64,000 bases of DNA from a virus: IMG/VR virus record IMGVR_UViG_3300005288_000001, positions 64,001-128,000 of that record. One strand, given 5' to 3'. Under the pieces are notes generated by a model. That model saw nothing but the letters and a program-made list of their open reading frames with translations, was not told where the DNA came from and did no database searches. The position numbers and the translations under genes were made by a program. Every line of letters begins with the position of its first letter. The first letter of the stretch is position 1. Shown here piece after piece: positions 62,387 to 64,000 of the stretch.

Positions 62387-64000
62387 TTAGAACTTAAAGA
62401 CAGTGCTAATTGTAATTTTCTCGGATGTGTCGTCCATTGGAGTGAACGGAATTTGATTGTCTTGATAGAGCAAATCACCAGAGTATTTATCAAGAGTAGG
62501 AGCAGTAATAGTGGCAGCTGAGAATGAATCTCCGCCATAATTGAAAACATCTCCTACAACTGGAATCGCATTGTCCATAGATTGCAATACGATAGAATTC
62601 GTAGCACTATGAATAACACGATAACGAACCGAGAAGTTAAAGCGCAGAGTAGCACCGTTCACAACACCAGCAATTGGCGATGATACAGTGATCGTCTGAA
62701 CAGTAATATCAGTAATCACAGTTCCCAGGACAGCTCCAGGAGCAGCCACAGGCATACCAACAGACAAACCAGCTACCGAAGACAAAGTAAATTGTGTACC
62801 GGAGATAGCATTGGTAACCGTTGGGTTAATAGAGTTAGTTAGCGGAATGACAGTGACAACTGTATCAGCAACAAAGCTCGCAGGAACCGTAGTGGTCGGT
62901 GAAGCCGTCCAGCAAGCACTTAGCGTTGAAGCTGTGGCGAAGACTGGGGCACCAAATCCATATGGATTCTTGATCAGACCGAATTGACGGTAATCAGCTT
63001 CAAGCGAAATACCATTGACCAAGTCCTTAGATACACCCGAATGGAACATCAATGTGCGCGTGAACAGGCTTCGAACAGCGTTCTTACTGTGGCCACCATA
63101 AGGTCCGATGATCGCACGAGCCGAAGCACCTGTACCACCGCCACCTGTAATTACAATTTCAACCTTCTTGTATCCTGAACCTGGAATGGTCACATTGATT
63201 CCACTAACACGACCAGCGGAGATTGTTGCCACAGCCGAAGCTCCGGTGCCATCACCACGAATCGATACAGTTGGAATAGTCGTGTAACCATAACCACCGG
63301 AAACTACTGGGATGGTATAGATAGCTCCGTCTACCGAAGTCAATTCTGTATTGGATTGAAGAGTAGAAACGTCGCCAAAAAGCAAGTCTACTTCCAGAAC
63401 CGCACCAGTACCTGTTCCAGTAACTGTGATATCTGCTTCGTTGTATCCGACGCCTGATTCAACGATAATCGTTCCGGTAATTCCACCGCTTTGGATGATA
63501 GGAAAGATACGAGCTTCAGACTTAGATGCAATGGAGTTCACAACTGCTGGAGTCGTGATAGTTCCTGTGCCAGTTACAGCGATAGTTGGAGCTGATTGGT
63601 AACCTGCACCTGATTGTCCAAGAACAACACCAACCGCACCAGTACCACCTCCACCAAAGCTGGTGACGGTTGGAAGAGCGGTCAATTGGTTATAAGCGCG
63701 ATTGGTAATATCGACTCGGTAAATCTTACCGTTCTTGGCGTATGAAACACCAGTAACTGCAGGATTGCTGAAGGTCATCGTGTTAGGACCGTTGGAGTAA
63801 CCAGTACCACCAGCAGTAACTTCCACACCACGAACACCTTGGAGCAGCGTTGTGCTATTGATCGCACCGGCGGAAACCGTTGCAGTCGCTTCGGCAGTCA
63901 TACCAACAAACTTATAGAAGACCGAACCCTGCGCAACCGAACCTGATTGGTGAGTTGGTGGAGTAGCAGTTGAGATACCACCAACGGTGATTTCGTAGAA
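62387..64000 (-). CDS. baseplate wedge gp8-like protein, C-terminal part (5' end outside window)
   Basis: YRQFGLIKNP and DKYSGDLLY.DN..I..VF.F terminus; GxGY/GGGGTGA repeats; the frame stays open to the window edge. Confidence 0.7.
   Translation of the reverse strand, partial: FYEITVGGISTATPPTHQSGSVAQGSVFYKFVGMTAEATATVSAGAINSTTLLQGVRGVEVTAGGTGYSNGPNTMTFSNPAVTGVSYAKNGKIYRVDITNRAYNQLTALPTVTSFGGGGTGAVGVVLGQSGAGYQSAPTIAVTGTGTITTPAVVNSIASKSEARIFPIIQSGGITGTIIVESGVGYNEADITVTGTGTGAVLEVDLLFGDVSTLQSNTELTSVDGAIYTIPVVSGGYGYTTIPTVSIRGDGTGASAVATISAGRVSGINVTIPGSGYKKVEIVITGGGGTGASARAIIGPYGGHSKNAVRSLFTRTLMFHSGVSKDLVNGISLEADYRQFGLIKNPYGFGAPVFATASTLSACWTASPTTTVPASFVADTVVTVIPLTNSINPTVTNAISGTQFTLSSVAGLSVGMPVAAPGAVLGTVITDITVQTITVSSPIAGVVNGATLRFNFSVRYRVIHSATNSIVLQSMDNAIPVVGDVFNYGGDSFSAATITAPTLDKYSGDLLYQDNQIPFTPMDDTSEKITISTVFKF

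Noticed and set aside
1-64000. tRNA genes or alternative genetic code
   Set aside because: No cloverleaf with a T-loop consensus was seen in the few intergenic gaps; core genes are full length under the standard code.

Overview
A 64-kb segment of a large T4-like (T4 superfamily) myovirus genome; almost all genes are on the minus strand. In transcription order (right to left): baseplate gp8-like and VrlC/DUF4815-like proteins; a tail-fibre/adhesin group; an unusual fibre cassette in the position of T4 wac; neck, terminase, tail, portal and capsid genes (13, 14, 15, 17, 18, 19, 20, 67, 21, 22, 23); a small plus-strand island with an Rnl2-like ligase; genes 3, uvsY, uvsW, 55, 47, 46; a CobT/CobS-like vWA-AAA pair; genes 45, 44, 62, regA; a separately promoted accessory block; genes 43, uvsX, 41; and a DNA hypermodification cluster. 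Main observations: (1) a TET/JBP dioxygenase, a glycosyltransferase and an amino-acid:DNA-transferase-like protein all end in the same [S/T]LEDFF peptide as the DNA polymerase, suggesting clamp-tethered, replication-coupled base modification; (2) three tandem paralogous mini-proteins ending in GW-x(1-2)-SS-x(1-2)-C sit directly upstream of a nucleotidyltransferase-like gene and an RNA-repair-like module; (3) a 75-aa ORF resembles a segment of the major capsid protein; (4) a very basic 18-residue-repeat protein lies in the fibre cassette. All family calls come from motif recognition and synteny by eye; no database searches were run. I saw no tRNA, CRISPR array, intron or intein.
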